Virus record (IMG/VR): IMGVR_UViG_3300030685_000017
Coordinates: 60,608 to 124,607 of that record
Source of the DNA: a virus
Direction: 5' to 3' (one strand)
Length of the DNA: 64,000 nt
Shown here: in pieces, positions 9,469-17,805 of the stretch
Layout of the letters: each line of letters starts with the position of its first letter
Numbering within the stretch: the first letter of the stretch is position 1
The notes under the pieces: generated by a model
The model's input: only the letters and a program-made list of their open reading frames with translations
Told to the model about the DNA's origin: nothing
Databases searched by the model: none
Made by a program: the position numbers and the translations under genes

Positions 9469-9765
9469 ATGCAGATAGGAGATAAAGTTAGATTAAAAGA
9501 AGAATATATTTTAAATGAATTTTATACTATAACAAATGAAGAAATGATTATCGGTATAGTAAGAGATATAAAAGAAACATTTAGATCTAGAAGCAGTAGT
9601 GTATTTGTTGAAATTCGTGTTGAGGTACTTAAACATAAATATAAATATGAGATAGGAAAAAGTTATTGGGTAAATATTAAGCATTTTGAAAAGATAGGAC
9701 AAAATAATAATAAAGATTTTCAAACTTTTTCTATGAAAATAGCATTAAATAAAGATGGAGAATAA
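9469..9765 (+). CDS. family D small protein, C-terminal tag
   Basis: MQIGDKVRLK...; ends FQTFSMKIALNKDGE. Confidence 0.8.
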   Translation: MQIGDKVRLKEEYILNEFYTITNEEMIIGIVRDIKETFRSRSSSVFVEIRVEVLKHKYKYEIGKSYWVNIKHFEKIGQNNNKDFQTFSMKIALNKDGE

Positions 9766-9795
9766 ATTATTAAATAAGATAGGGAGATAATAAAT

Positions 9796-10065
9796 ATGAA
9801 AGTGGGAGATAAAATTAGACTTAAAAAATGTTATAGACATTCTCAAATATATCGTACAATAAATGAAAATATGATAGTAGGAATGGTTATAAGTTTAAGA
9901 CGTGTACCAGAAGGTGGTAATGATATTTCTATTAGGGTATTAAAGCATGTAGATTCAATAATTGAAGGAGAAGAATACAATGTAAAATCTAAGTATTTTG
10001 AAAAAATAAATCATAACAAAGATTTTGAAACCTTTAATGAGAGGAAAAATTATGAAAATAGTTGA
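9796..10065 (+). CDS. family D small protein, C-terminal tag
   Basis: MKVGDKIRLK...; ends FETFNERKNYENS. Confidence 0.8.
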   Translation: MKVGDKIRLKKCYRHSQIYRTINENMIVGMVISLRRVPEGGNDISIRVLKHVDSIIEGEEYNVKSKYFEKINHNKDFETFNERKNYENS

Positions 10066-10315
10066 GTTACAATCAATTTTTACTACAAAAGTAGTGGATT
10101 TTTATGGAGTAAATGAAGTAGTTATCAAAGAAAATGGAGATATGGTGCTTTTAGATTGTAAACATCCTATCTTTGAAATAGTAAATTCACAACCTAAATT
10201 ATTAATTAGACATCCAACTGACTGGGAATGTTGGGCAATTAAAGAGTTTTTAACACAAAATCATATTGCTGGTTTTGATCAGAAAATGATTAAAATTAGA
10301 CAAATGTATGGATAA
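10052..10315 (+). CDS. hypothetical protein (start MKIVEL)
   Basis: SD GAGAGG before ATG 10052. Confidence 0.6.
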   Translation: MKIVELQSIFTTKVVDFYGVNEVVIKENGDMVLLDCKHPIFEIVNSQPKLLIRHPTDWECWAIKEFLTQNHIAGFDQKMIKIRQMYG

Positions 10316-10337
10316 GAAAGGATGATGATAAAAATTA

Positions 10338-10625
10338 ATGAATAAGCAAGAAATAGCAGATTTACAAGCGACTTTACCAAAGAAACCAAACCTAAATCCT
10401 TGTTTGAAATGTGAAAGGAGAGATTTAAAATGCCATACTATATGTAAAGAATATTTATTAATGAGACAATATTATGATGCGTATAATGCTATTGTATTTA
10501 AAATCAAACAAGAACAGACCAGACAAAATATGGATTTTATGAATGCACTTAATCGTACTTCTCAAGCCAAAGGTAACTCTCGTGTAGAAAGTTTGTATGT
10601 GAAAAGGAAAAGAACAAATGGATGA
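10338..10625 (+). CDS. hypothetical Cys/His metal-binding protein
   Basis: PCLKC...CHTICKEY motif. Confidence 0.7.
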   Translation: MNKQEIADLQATLPKKPNLNPCLKCERRDLKCHTICKEYLLMRQYYDAYNAIVFKIKQEQTRQNMDFMNALNRTSQAKGNSRVESLYVKRKRTNG

Positions 10626-10761
10626 AGTAAGTTTACAAGAATTATATGAAAATATTGGTAATGTTTTAGATTTAGCTACAACAGAAGAAATAGATAATCA
10701 TTATGAGATATGGCAGGAATTAACAACTATTTATGTAAAAATGAAAGATGAAGGTTTTTAA
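10618..10761 (+). CDS. small acidic protein (47 aa)
   Basis: MDEVSLQELYENIGNVLDLATTEEIDNHYEIWQELTTIYVKMKDEGF, overlapping the upstream stop. Confidence 0.5.
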   Translation: MDEVSLQELYENIGNVLDLATTEEIDNHYEIWQELTTIYVKMKDEGF

Positions 10762-10770
10762 AAAAAGTAG

Positions 10771-10799
10771 TTGACAAATTAACAAAAATATGATAAAAT
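10771..10799 (+). promoter_or_regulatory. sigma-A type promoter
   Basis: TTGACA-17-TAAAAT with extended TG. Confidence 0.8.
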
Positions 10800-10820
10800 T
10801 AATTAAATAAGAGGGAAAAT

Positions 10821-11111
10821 ATGAGTAAACAAGAAAAGGCGGCGGTAGAAGATTTAGAATTAAGATTTGATAATGTAGATAAAATGTTGCAAGGAATTAT
10901 TAAAGAAACAAAGAATTTGAAACTTATCTTACTTAATTTAGAAATCGAGAATAGCCACATAAAAACTCCAACAGGAATTGAACCAATTGCAAAGAACTTA
11001 GAAAAACGTATTACACAAATGGAAGTTCATGTTCAGGGGTTTGTAGAAAACAATGAAGCCGAAATAGAACAATCATTAAATGTTTTACGACAAGGACTAA
11101 TTGATGATTAG
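10821..11111 (+). CDS. coiled-coil protein resembling the MCP (chemoreceptor) signalling hairpin
   Basis: LKLILLNLEIENSH...TGIEPIAKNL aligns loosely with TNLLALNAAIEAAR...RGFAVVA.EV. Confidence 0.5.
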   Translation: MSKQEKAAVEDLELRFDNVDKMLQGIIKETKNLKLILLNLEIENSHIKTPTGIEPIAKNLEKRITQMEVHVQGFVENNEAEIEQSLNVLRQGLIDD

Positions 11112-11130
11112 TTAGGCTGTTAGGAGTGCC

Positions 11131-11391
11131 ATGTCTTTAAAACGCTGTTTATTATTTGCCAGAGCATCTAAGTTAGAAAATTTAGGTGATGCCATCTTCC
11201 ATGTTTGTCTTGAAGCAAATACATTATTTGTGAAGAAAAAGATTTATACGGAAATCGAAACCTTATTAAGACAAAGAAATTTATTATTTAAAGAAACTAC
11301 ATTTAATAATTATACAAAAATAAATGTGGTTTTAGAATGGATTGAAGCGTTACCGGAAGAAAAACGCGAATTATACACAATAGACATCTAA
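11131..11391 (+). CDS. hypothetical protein
   Basis: ORF with SD AGGAG. Confidence 0.65.
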   Translation: MSLKRCLLFARASKLENLGDAIFHVCLEANTLFVKKKIYTEIETLLRQRNLLFKETTFNNYTKINVVLEWIEALPEEKRELYTIDI

Positions 11392-11419
11392 AAACAATTA
11401 TTTCATATCCTCCTTTTCT

Positions 11420-11470
11420 AAAGTATATTGCTATGATTTATGTAACTTATAAGTCATAGCAATATACTTT
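11420..11470 (+). terminator. 22-bp hairpin preceded by anti-SD-like TCCTCCTTT (terminator or sRNA)
   Basis: AAAGTATATTGCTATGATTTAT / ATAAGTCATAGCAATATACTTT. Confidence 0.55.
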
Positions 11471-11503
11471 ATATAATGAATGGATAAATGAAAGGAAAAT
11501 ATT

Positions 11504-11650
11504 ATGAGTATTAAACAAATTTTTGATGATTTTAATAAAGAAATTACACAAAATTTATCTGACTTAAAAGAACATATTGTATTATTTAAAGAAGCTGTAG
11601 AGAACTATAATACTATTACTAGAAAAGTAATAGATGGATGGAAAAATTAA
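11504..11650 (+). CDS. small hypothetical protein (48 aa)
   Basis: SD AAAGGA; MSIKQIFDDFNKEITQ... Confidence 0.5.
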   Translation: MSIKQIFDDFNKEITQNLSDLKEHIVLFKEAVENYNTITRKVIDGWKN

Positions 11651-11712
11651 GCATAAATAATTAATTTATATCAATTAATAACACCTATTATTTTATAAAA
11701 GAGGGAAAAATT

Positions 11713-11907
11713 ATGAGTAAAATAATTACAGTTAAATTTTTGTTGATTTTACGCAGTATTTTGTTGGGAATAAATTGTATACTTATTGGAGTATCAATAC
11801 ATTTACAAACCATAGAAAATACAATAATAGGTGTTATGATTGTATGTTTGCTATCAAGAATTATTTTATTAAACCTTACACCGTGGTTGGTAAAGAAAGA
11901 AGGATAA
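11713..11907 (+). CDS. small membrane protein
   Basis: Two hydrophobic stretches, SD GAGGG. Confidence 0.55.
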   Translation: MSKIITVKFLLILRSILLGINCILIGVSIHLQTIENTIIGVMIVCLLSRIILLNLTPWLVKKEG

Positions 11908-12509
11908 TGAAAACACAATTTAATTATATAGGAGATACATGGTTAAGTGTTAAGAACCATTGCAGAACTACAGTCGGAAAAGTATTTACAGAAAAAGAAC
12001 CTACAGAGATTTTTAAATGGAGACTACTTATATCAGAGCATACTCCTATTAGACTTTTAGAATTTGATTGGAGTTGGAGAAGTATTCCATATTGGGTTAG
12101 TACCGAATTAAGTCGTCATAAATTTGAGAAATTTATTACAACTCAAAGAGATGATAGAACTGATTCAAAAATTCCTCGTGCTGAATTACCTCAAGGTGCA
12201 TTGGTAAATTATGATGGATTTGCTAATATGCAAAACTTAATAGATGCTTTTCGAAAGAGATTATGCTTTCAAGCTACTCATGAAGCGAGAGAATTAGTTG
12301 AGGATTTCAAAGAAACTTTACATAATAATCATCCTATTGAAGCTAATATTTTAGTTTCAAACTGTATATATCGTGGAGGATGTCCTGAAATAAATCATTG
12401 TGGATTTTGGGAAGCATTTATTGCGAAGCACAAAGATGATAATTTATTAGATTTAGATACTCGATATAAATTGTATAACGAAGATTTTTATAAAGGAGGA
12501 AAAATTTGA
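11907..12509 (+). CDS. thyX: FAD-dependent thymidylate synthase (ThyX)-like protein; start MKTQFN
   Basis: EHTPIR, VSTELSRH, RLCFQA..E.R motifs; SD AAGGA before ATG 11907. Confidence 0.7.
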   Translation: MKTQFNYIGDTWLSVKNHCRTTVGKVFTEKEPTEIFKWRLLISEHTPIRLLEFDWSWRSIPYWVSTELSRHKFEKFITTQRDDRTDSKIPRAELPQGALVNYDGFANMQNLIDAFRKRLCFQATHEARELVEDFKETLHNNHPIEANILVSNCIYRGGCPEINHCGFWEAFIAKHKDDNLLDLDTRYKLYNEDFYKGGKI

Positions 12510-12781
12510 AAACACAAATGTATAAAATTGTTCAAATTATAGATAAAAATTTTAATCCGAAACCTCTACCTGCAGAACATGGAGATCTTATTGGAAAATT
12601 TGTATGGGATAATTATACAAATAAGATAGAAATTGGTTATCCATGTTTCTTTCTATGGAATGATAACAGTGGAAAAATGATGAGAACGAGTAGAGTAGAA
12701 GAAGTTTTAGAATTAGAATATACACATCAAATTTTGGTTACTACGCAAAATAGTGTATATCTTTTTACAGAGGTAGATTGA
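12506..12781 (+). CDS. hypothetical protein
   Basis: SD AGGAGG, TTG start; RTS.V...TTQNSVY motif. Confidence 0.7.
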   Translation: MKTQMYKIVQIIDKNFNPKPLPAEHGDLIGKFVWDNYTNKIEIGYPCFFLWNDNSGKMMRTSRVEEVLELEYTHQILVTTQNSVYLFTEVD

Positions 12782-12956
12782 TGAAAAATATCAATAATAA
12801 TCAAATGGAAACTTTTAGTGAAACTCTTGCTAGGATACAAAATGAAAATATTCTGGATCACAAAATAAAAAAGTTATGTTATCATTATGATAAGAGATGT
12901 AATGGTGCAATTTGTAGACATTGTAAATTTAGAAATGACTAAGAAAGGAATATAAA

Positions 12957-13403
12957 ATGAATACGATTATATTGATTTTATTTATTATGATGTTTTTACA
13001 TATTTATGTAGACTTTAATTTACAAATAGGTTCGTCACTTAATAACTTGAAGCAAAAAGATTGGTGGAGACATAATTGTAATAAGTCGCAATATAAATAT
13101 GATTATATTATGGCTATGTTATTACACAGTTTTTCTTGGACTTTCGGAATTATGTTTGCACCTGTATTATATTTAAAGATTAAAACAGGATATTCCAATA
13201 GTACTATATTTATTAATTGTTTCATTATTCTGTTATTTGTTATAAATGCTGTAGCACACTATATTATAGATAATTTAAAAGCAAATGATCATGTAATAAA
13301 TTTGTGGGTAGATCAGATAGGTCATATAATACAAATTTTAATTACGTGGTTTATTTTATTGCATATAATTTATCCATTTATTACAAAGAATATTTGGGTA
13401 TAA
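12957..13403 (+). CDS. membrane protein, DUF3307-like
   Basis: H..DF.LQ...K, H...D..K, DQ..H motifs with TM segments. Confidence 0.7.
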   Translation: MNTIILILFIMMFLHIYVDFNLQIGSSLNNLKQKDWWRHNCNKSQYKYDYIMAMLLHSFSWTFGIMFAPVLYLKIKTGYSNSTIFINCFIILLFVINAVAHYIIDNLKANDHVINLWVDQIGHIIQILITWFILLHIIYPFITKNIWV

Positions 13404-13405
13404 TT

Positions 13406-13714
13406 ATGAATTATTCATTTAAAATTGGTGATAGAGTAAAGATAAAATCATGGGGAAAAATGGCACATGAATATGGAATAAATTGACTTGGTAATATTAA
13501 AACTCCTTGTCATTTTATTTCAGAAATGAAAGAATATTGTGGTAAACGCGCAGAAGTAATTAATATAATTAATAGAAAAGCATATCAAAGAGTACAGTTA
13601 TCTATAGCAATTGGTTATACAATAGATAATTGGATGTTAGAACCAGATAAGAATAGTATAAATTTTATGACGTATAAGGAAAGGAATAGAGATTGGATTA
13701 ATATAAATATATAA
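13406..13714 (+). pseudogene. family A small gene with a single in-frame TGA (13484-13486), C-terminal tag
   Basis: MNYSFKIGDRVKIKSW..M.HEYGIN*LGNIKTPC...MKEYCGK...FMTYKERN in one frame. Confidence 0.75.
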
Positions 13715-13729
13715 AAGGGAGATAAAGAT

Positions 13730-14044
13730 ATGAAACAATTTAATTTAGATGATATTCCTAAATATAAGAAAAAAGAAATAAAATCTGTAGAAAAACCTAA
13801 ACACAAACACATATATGAATATTGTCTTACAATAGATGAAAATAATAGATATTATCCTATGGTATATTGTACTATATGCGGTAAGCTAAAATATAATATA
13901 ACGCTTTGTGAAATTTCTGAAAAAACAGATGATGGATGTTTCAGATTATTATCTCAAGAAGAAATATATAATAAATATAAGCATTTAAAACAATTTAGAA
14001 TAAAGGATATGTTTCAAAAGCGGTTAGAAGGGGATAAGTTATGA
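13730..14044 (+). CDS. hypothetical zinc-binding protein
   Basis: KHKH.Y..C ... YCTICGK. Confidence 0.7.
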   Translation: MKQFNLDDIPKYKKKEIKSVEKPKHKHIYEYCLTIDENNRYYPMVYCTICGKLKYNITLCEISEKTDDGCFRLLSQEEIYNKYKHLKQFRIKDMFQKRLEGDKL

Positions 14045-14346
14045 CATATCGTTTTAAAGTGGGAGATAAAGTTCAGTTTAAAAGTTGGGAAGAAATGAAA
14101 AAAGAATACGGAGTAAATTGTTCGTGGAATGACATTCCCACTCCTTGTGCTTTTGTCGGAAGTATGGATCATCTTTGTGGAAAAAGAGTAAAAATAATAG
14201 ATATATATAAAGAAAATAAAATTGGAAAATTATATGATCAGCGTATTGAGATAGAACCATTTACTGATGAATATAATTATGATAATTATATGTTTAAACC
14301 GGTAAACGATAATCCTATTTTTAAAACATTTAAGGAATGTTTATGA
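14041..14346 (+). CDS. family A small protein, C-terminal tag
   Basis: Ends FKTFKECL. Confidence 0.8.
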   Translation: MTYRFKVGDKVQFKSWEEMKKEYGVNCSWNDIPTPCAFVGSMDHLCGKRVKIIDIYKENKIGKLYDQRIEIEPFTDEYNYDNYMFKPVNDNPIFKTFKECL

Positions 14347-14365
14347 AAGGAGATAGAAAATTATT

Positions 14366-14713
14366 ATGACTTATACTTTTAAAATAGGAGATAAAGTGAA
14401 GTTTAAAGGTTGGAAAACATTGAGTAGAGATTATGGAATACAATGTCGTGATATTGTAACTCCGTATACTTTTAACAGAAGTATGAATTGGTTATGTGGT
14501 TTACACGCCGAAGTTATAAAAGTAACAAAAGAAAGTGATATTTGTACTTGGTATGAACAATATAAAAAACGTAATATAACTGTACAGATACAAAATATAG
14601 AAGTAAAATTGTTAGATGATTATACACAAAAATTATATAGTATTGAAAATTTTTCATTTGATAATTTTATGTTTGAACCCATGGTCAAAGATCCGTGTTT
14701 TATGACACTATAA
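14366..14713 (+). CDS. family A small protein, tag truncated by a stop
   Basis: Ends CFMTL-TAA-ERK. Confidence 0.75.
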   Translation: MTYTFKIGDKVKFKGWKTLSRDYGIQCRDIVTPYTFNRSMNWLCGLHAEVIKVTKESDICTWYEQYKKRNITVQIQNIEVKLLDDYTQKLYSIENFSFDNFMFEPMVKDPCFMTL

Positions 14714-14733
14714 GAGAGAAAAGGAGAAGTATA

Positions 14734-14910
14734 ATGAAACTTATAATTGTTAAAATTGTTATTGATTTAATGATTATTGCGCTTGCTACTTGTGAAGTCT
14801 ATATATATGCCATTAATAAAAATATGACTACTTTATTAATCTGGTATTTTACAACAGCTATATGGAGCATTATTTTAGGTATGAATATTATGAATTTAAG
14901 ATATGTTTAA
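14734..14910 (+). CDS. small membrane protein (start MKLIIV)
   Basis: SD AAGGAG; two hydrophobic segments. Confidence 0.55.
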   Translation: MKLIIVKIVIDLMIIALATCEVYIYAINKNMTTLLIWYFTTAIWSIILGMNIMNLRYV

Positions 14911-15041
14911 ATTAAAATCAGTTCGTTTAATTTTAGAAAATAAATTTAGATTAAGAAATGCAAAAAATTATTTATTAGTTGAGTATAACTTACCTAAATA
15001 TTTATATTTTAGAAATGAATTAGAACAGGAGAAGAAAGAAA

Positions 15042-15638
15042 ATGGATACTAATCAGATTATGGTGGATATAGAAACACTTGGAACATCAAGTAACGCTTT
15101 TATTATTCAAATAGGGGCATGTGTATTTAATATATCTACTGGGGAAATATTAAGTCAATTTAATATGTGTACCGATTTAAGTAAAGAATCAGAAATAAAA
15201 ATAGAAGGAAGTATTTTAGATTGGTGGATTTCTGATCCCACAAGACTTTCTACACTTTCAAATTTATTTAAAAACACAGATGGAAAGTTATCAAATAAAG
15301 ATTTAATGGAAGAATTTTATCATTGGATACTAAAAGTGCAGGGTATTTATATGATAAAGAATATGTGGGGGAATGGGACAACTTTTGATAATGTAATTAT
15401 TAAGAATTCTTTTATAAAATATGGATTATGTTACCCAATTGGATATAGAAATGATATGGATATGAGGACTATTATTGCGTTGGCATCTGATATATCGGGA
15501 GAAGAAAGTCAAGATTTTGTTAAAAGAAATTGTTTACCAGAAGATCAATTAACCAATCATAATGCTTTAAGCGATGCAATTAATCAGGCTCATGTGGTTA
15601 CTTGCGCTTATAATATTATAAAACATGGAGGGCGATAA
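15042..15638 (+). CDS. DEDDh 3'-5' exo(ribo)nuclease (Rv2179c/DUF5051-like)
   Basis: MVDIETLG, WGNG..FD, D.RT, HNALSDA. Confidence 0.85.
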   Translation: MDTNQIMVDIETLGTSSNAFIIQIGACVFNISTGEILSQFNMCTDLSKESEIKIEGSILDWWISDPTRLSTLSNLFKNTDGKLSNKDLMEEFYHWILKVQGIYMIKNMWGNGTTFDNVIIKNSFIKYGLCYPIGYRNDMDMRTIIALASDISGEESQDFVKRNCLPEDQLTNHNALSDAINQAHVVTCAYNIIKHGGR

Positions 15639-15640
15639 GT

Positions 15641-16144
15641 ATGATAATATCAACTATTTTAGTGGTAATAAAAATTGCCATAATAGGAATAATTATAGTG
15701 TTACTAAAAATTGGAGTGTACGACTATTACAAAGAAAAACAAGATAAATTACACGAACAAATGTTCAAAAATAAGTATCCGCAGATTTATAATTTATTAG
15801 ACCAGATATGTGCTCCGGAGTTTTGTGGAGAATTATTGCGTTTGAGAGATGAATTAGTCACTTTAAACGATACTATCACAAAATATCAGGTATTAAAGGA
15901 TTTGATCCCAATTAACTCTGAAATTCACTCAGACTTGTGTTCACTATTACAGCCTTTGAAAGAGCAATTTCATACCGATTTATATAATTATGAAATGGAA
16001 TTTCAAAATAAAGAGCAATTTTTTAAAAGTAATTTATATCTATTTGAACGTATTAAAGAAGATGCCCCAGATAGTTATAATTTCTATATGGAATGGATAA
16101 AAGAATTTAGAGAAAGAAAGAAATATTTTGGATTAAAATCTTAA
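15641..16144 (+). CDS. membrane-anchored hypothetical protein
   Basis: N-terminal hydrophobic helix. Confidence 0.65.
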   Translation: MIISTILVVIKIAIIGIIIVLLKIGVYDYYKEKQDKLHEQMFKNKYPQIYNLLDQICAPEFCGELLRLRDELVTLNDTITKYQVLKDLIPINSEIHSDLCSLLQPLKEQFHTDLYNYEMEFQNKEQFFKSNLYLFERIKEDAPDSYNFYMEWIKEFRERKKYFGLKS

Positions 16145-16150
16145 TTCTCC

Positions 16151-16179
16151 TTGACATTTTGCTTATCTTGTGTTATTAT
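16151..16179 (+). promoter_or_regulatory. sigma-A type promoter
   Basis: TTGACA-17-TATTAT with extended TG. Confidence 0.75.
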
Positions 16180-16208
16180 AAGAATACAAAATAAAAAAGG
16201 AGAAGAAC

Positions 16209-16439
16209 ATGAATAAAAGTAGACGCTTAATTATTAATCAAGCATGTGATGGTATCAAAACAAATTTAGATATCCTTAATCAATGTAAAGAAGAGGAAGA
16301 TGAAACTAAAGAGTGTATTCCAGAAAACCTACAAGGAGGTATGAAATATTACGAATCAGAAAAGTATGTAGATATTTTAGATGAAGAAATTAAAACAATT
16401 AATAGTTCAGTAGAAAATATTAAAATACGACTTATTTAA
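16209..16439 (+). CDS. small coiled-coil phage protein
   Basis: MNK.RR...EE.E....IPENLQ motif. Confidence 0.7.
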   Translation: MNKSRRLIINQACDGIKTNLDILNQCKEEEDETKECIPENLQGGMKYYESEKYVDILDEEIKTINSSVENIKIRLI

Positions 16440-16455
16440 AGGAGAAATCTATGTT

Positions 16456-16788
16456 ATGCTTTCAGAAGAAGAAAAAAGTAAAATAGTTCTTGATGCAGAG
16501 AACAATTTAAAATTGTATGTTTCACAACGTAATTTTCAATTGTCTCATGTACCAGTAGATCCATTAATTCTTATCATAGTATCTTTATTAAGCACTGTTG
16601 GATTGGTTACCAAATATGGTATACCAGCTATCATATGTATTTGGTTTTATATTCTTTGTTTAATCTTATTTCGTACTCCAAAAGGTTATAATCAAGATCA
16701 ATTATTAGAATTTAAACCTTTAACGGATGAACAAAAACAAGATTTATTTAAACAATATGAAGAGCGTAAAAGCAAACACATACATTAA
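16456..16788 (+). CDS. membrane protein
   Basis: Two central hydrophobic segments. Confidence 0.65.
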   Translation: MLSEEEKSKIVLDAENNLKLYVSQRNFQLSHVPVDPLILIIVSLLSTVGLVTKYGIPAIICIWFYILCLILFRTPKGYNQDQLLEFKPLTDEQKQDLFKQYEERKSKHIH

Positions 16789-16799
16789 ATGGAGGAAAA

Positions 16800-17798
16800 A
16801 TGCAAGGACGTATTGAGCATACTTTACAAAGAGAACAGTCTATAGAAAAGAAGTTAAAAGATTTACCAAGTTATATGACTGAATATTATTATGCTATATC
16901 TGCAAACTTAGAGAGTGTAAGTGTATTAAGTTATATTAATATTATAAATCAATATATATGTTTTATTTCATCTTTAGGTAAAGAACCTAACTTTATAGAA
17001 TTACAAAATAATGTTGCTCAATTTTTAAAATCAAAAGAAACACGGATACAAAGAGGAACAATTGTACAATCATCTAGTGCTAATGTAACAAAAATACATT
17101 CAGCATTAAAAAATTTTATGGAATTCTTATGTAGTAAGCGTTATATTACCGATAATCCAATGGTCTTTATTAAAAGAATTAAACGAAAAGATGAAGTAAA
17201 AAGATATAAACTTAATATATCAGACTTAAATGATATTATTACTGCTGTAGATTATGAGCAAGGAACTGGAAGAGAAAGACAAATACAATTAGAATGGAAA
17301 TCAAGAAATAAATTAATTTTATTATTATTTATGAACACCGGAATGAGAGAAACTGCTCTCAGTGAAATAAATCTTTCTGATATTGATTTTGAAAACAATA
17401 TATTAAGAATTATAGATAAGGGCTCAAAACACCACGAATATCAAATTGATCATTTAATTGTTTATATACAAGACTGGTTAAGAAAAAGAGAACAATTAAT
17501 GAGAGGTTATCATGCAAATGATGCTTTATTTATTTCAGAACGCAGAACAAGAATTTCTAGTAAAGCAATTATAGATATAGTTGGAAAAGTATCTATGCAA
17601 GGATTGGGGTATAGAATTACTCCACATAAGTTACGTGCCGCCTTTTGTACTATTATGTATGAAGAAACAAAAGATATTGAATTTGTTAGACAAGCAGTAG
17701 GACATTCTAATGTTGCTGTAACTCAACGATATATTGTCAGTGATAATTCAGCACGTAAACAATCTGCATTGATTATGGCTAAAGGTTTAGGTATGTGA
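16800..17798 (+). CDS. tyrosine recombinase/integrase family protein
   Basis: TGMRETAL, KG, PHKLR, GHS, TQRY catalytic set. Confidence 0.9.
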   Translation: MQGRIEHTLQREQSIEKKLKDLPSYMTEYYYAISANLESVSVLSYINIINQYICFISSLGKEPNFIELQNNVAQFLKSKETRIQRGTIVQSSSANVTKIHSALKNFMEFLCSKRYITDNPMVFIKRIKRKDEVKRYKLNISDLNDIITAVDYEQGTGRERQIQLEWKSRNKLILLLFMNTGMRETALSEINLSDIDFENNILRIIDKGSKHHEYQIDHLIVYIQDWLRKREQLMRGYHANDALFISERRTRISSKAIIDIVGKVSMQGLGYRITPHKLRAAFCTIMYEETKDIEFVRQAVGHSNVAVTQRYIVSDNSARKQSALIMAKGLGM

Positions 17799-17805
17799 GA
17801 AGAAG

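Noticed and set aside
4798-13714. Stop-codon reassignment suggested by in-frame TAG (4891) and TGA (13484)
   Set aside because: All long genes (DnaE, RecD2, NrdJ, TMP) are open under code 11, TAG and TGA end several genes at sensible positions, and no suppressor tRNA is visible; isolated nonsense mutations fit better.
736-14713. Integron-like or CRISPR-like array explaining the repeated gene ends
   Set aside because: No attC-like palindromes and no fixed-length identical repeats with spacers; variation falls mainly at synonymous codon positions.
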